DNA of 24,754 nucleotides from Bacteroidales bacterium (GTDB lineage Bacteria; Bacteroidota; Bacteroidia; Bacteroidales; UBA12077): NCBI GenBank assembly GCA_028282585.1, contig JANQHR010000143.1, positions 1 to 24,754 of the forward strand, read 5' to 3'. Shown piece by piece: positions 23,563 to 24,754 of this stretch (position 1 is its first letter; each line of letters starts with the position of its first letter). The notes under the pieces were generated by a model. It saw only the letters and a program-made list of their open reading frames with translations, ran no database searches and was not told where the DNA came from. The position numbers and the translations under genes were made by a program.

Positions 23563-24639
23563 ATGGAAGAACAAAGAATATTAGCAATAAATCCGGGTTC
23601 AACGTCCACAAAAATTGCAGTATATCAAGGAACAAAGTCTGTTTTTTTAAAAAATATTAAGCACTCAGCAGAAGATTTAAAACCATATCCAAATATTTTG
23701 AGCCAGTTTCGTTATAGAAAAGAAATTATTTTAAAAGAACTAGAAGAAGCCGAAATAAGAATTGATTTGATCACTGCTGTTGTTGGCCGTGGTGGATTAG
23801 TGAAACCAATTGAATCTGGTGTTTATGAGGTAAACGATGCAATGGTTAAAGACTTACATGAAAGTAAATTAGGTGAGCATGCAAGTAATCTAGGTGGATT
23901 AATTGCAAAAGATATTGCGGAATCGTTAGAAGGAGCAAGGGCTTTTATTGCTGACCCGGTTGTGGTTGACGAAATGGAAGATATAGCTCGTTATACGGGG
24001 CACCCAAAATTTGTACGCCACTCAATTTTCCACGCATTAAACCAAAAAGCTATTGCAAGAAAATATGCAAAAGCTGCTGATAAACCTTACAATGAGTTAA
24101 ATTTAATTATTGCTCATTTAGGTGGTGGTATTTCGGTGGGTGCTCACAGAAAAGGAAGAGTAATTGACGTAAATAATGCATTGGATGGCGAAGGGCCATT
24201 TTCACCGGAAAGGGTTGGTACTTTGCCTTGTGGGCAAGTTGCAAAACTTTGTTTCAGTGGTGAATATACTCACGATGAAGTAAAGAAAATGATTAAAGGT
24301 GAAGGCGGGTATGTATCATATTTAGGAACAAACGATGGTTATGATGTAGAAATGAGGATTAAAGACGGGGATGAAGAAGCTAAAAAGATTCATGATGCTT
24401 TAGCATACCAACTGGGAAAGGAAATAGGTTCGTTAAGCACTGTTTTAAAAGGCGAAGTTGATGCAATTATCTTAACCGGAGGAATGGCTTACGATAAGCT
24501 GTTGGTTGATTTTACAAAAGAAATGGTATCTTTTATTGCGCCTGTTGTGGTTTACCCTGGCGAAGATGAAATGGAAGCATTAGCCATGAACGGATATATG
24601 GTTATGAAAGGCGAGGTAGAACCTAAGATATATAAATAA
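23563..24639 (+). CDS. buk: Butyrate kinase
   Basis: INPGSTSTK, GRGGL, HASNLG, DPVVVDE, HALNQKA, HLGGGISV, GPFSPER and YPGEDEMEAL motifs. Confidence 0.96.
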   Translation: MEEQRILAINPGSTSTKIAVYQGTKSVFLKNIKHSAEDLKPYPNILSQFRYRKEIILKELEEAEIRIDLITAVVGRGGLVKPIESGVYEVNDAMVKDLHESKLGEHASNLGGLIAKDIAESLEGARAFIADPVVVDEMEDIARYTGHPKFVRHSIFHALNQKAIARKYAKAADKPYNELNLIIAHLGGGISVGAHRKGRVIDVNNALDGEGPFSPERVGTLPCGQVAKLCFSGEYTHDEVKKMIKGEGGYVSYLGTNDGYDVEMRIKDGDEEAKKIHDALAYQLGKEIGSLSTVLKGEVDAIILTGGMAYDKLLVDFTKEMVSFIAPVVVYPGEDEMEALAMNGYMVMKGEVEPKIYK

Positions 24640-24660
24640 CAAAAACGATCATATTAAAAG

Positions 24661-24698
24661 AGGCTGTCCAAAAAGTAAAAGGACAGCCTTTTAATTTT
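24661..24698 (+). terminator. Intrinsic terminator after buk
   Basis: AGGCTGTCC-loop-GGACAGCCT perfect 9-bp stem followed by TTTAATTTT. Confidence 0.75.
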
Positions 24699-24754
24699 GT
24701 TGTCCCCTTAAAATTTACGATCTTAAGGGTCGGTATGACAACAAGATCAAAGAT

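Noticed and set aside
20890-23609. Long antisense ORFs within pta, ackA and ptb
   Set aside because: They are shadow frames produced by the codon bias of conserved enzymes.

Overview
AT-rich Bacteroidota-type DNA (Sec signal peptides cleaved before Gln, a T9SS C-terminal domain, TAnnTTTG promoters) with two parts. The accessory part (1-~11950) is a co-oriented polymorphic-toxin locus. It contains a 5'-truncated tail-fibre-like gene, a signal-peptide YD/RHS shell protein, a beta-propeller protein with a T9SS type A CTD, and a signal-peptide DUF6443/RHS-core protein with a variable toxin tip and putative immunity gene. These are followed by a toxin-tip remnant, an intact orphan tip plus 4-TM immunity cassette, and a lipoprotein. 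The orphan modules are delimited by a family of short hairpin elements (GCTnGCGC-13 nt hairpin-GKGC); two near-identical 35-bp copies bracket the orphan cassette. All tips begin at the same acidic-linker junction (xQA[D/S]G). The core-genome-like part (~12100-24754) holds a divergent LVIVD lipoprotein / OM beta-barrel pair with twin ECF-like promoter motifs, a degenerate GH84-like lipoprotein, a TPR protein, DUF368 (PopT-family flippase), aroE and a pta-ackA-ptb-buk cluster. Family calls come from motifs recognised by eye; no database searches were run.
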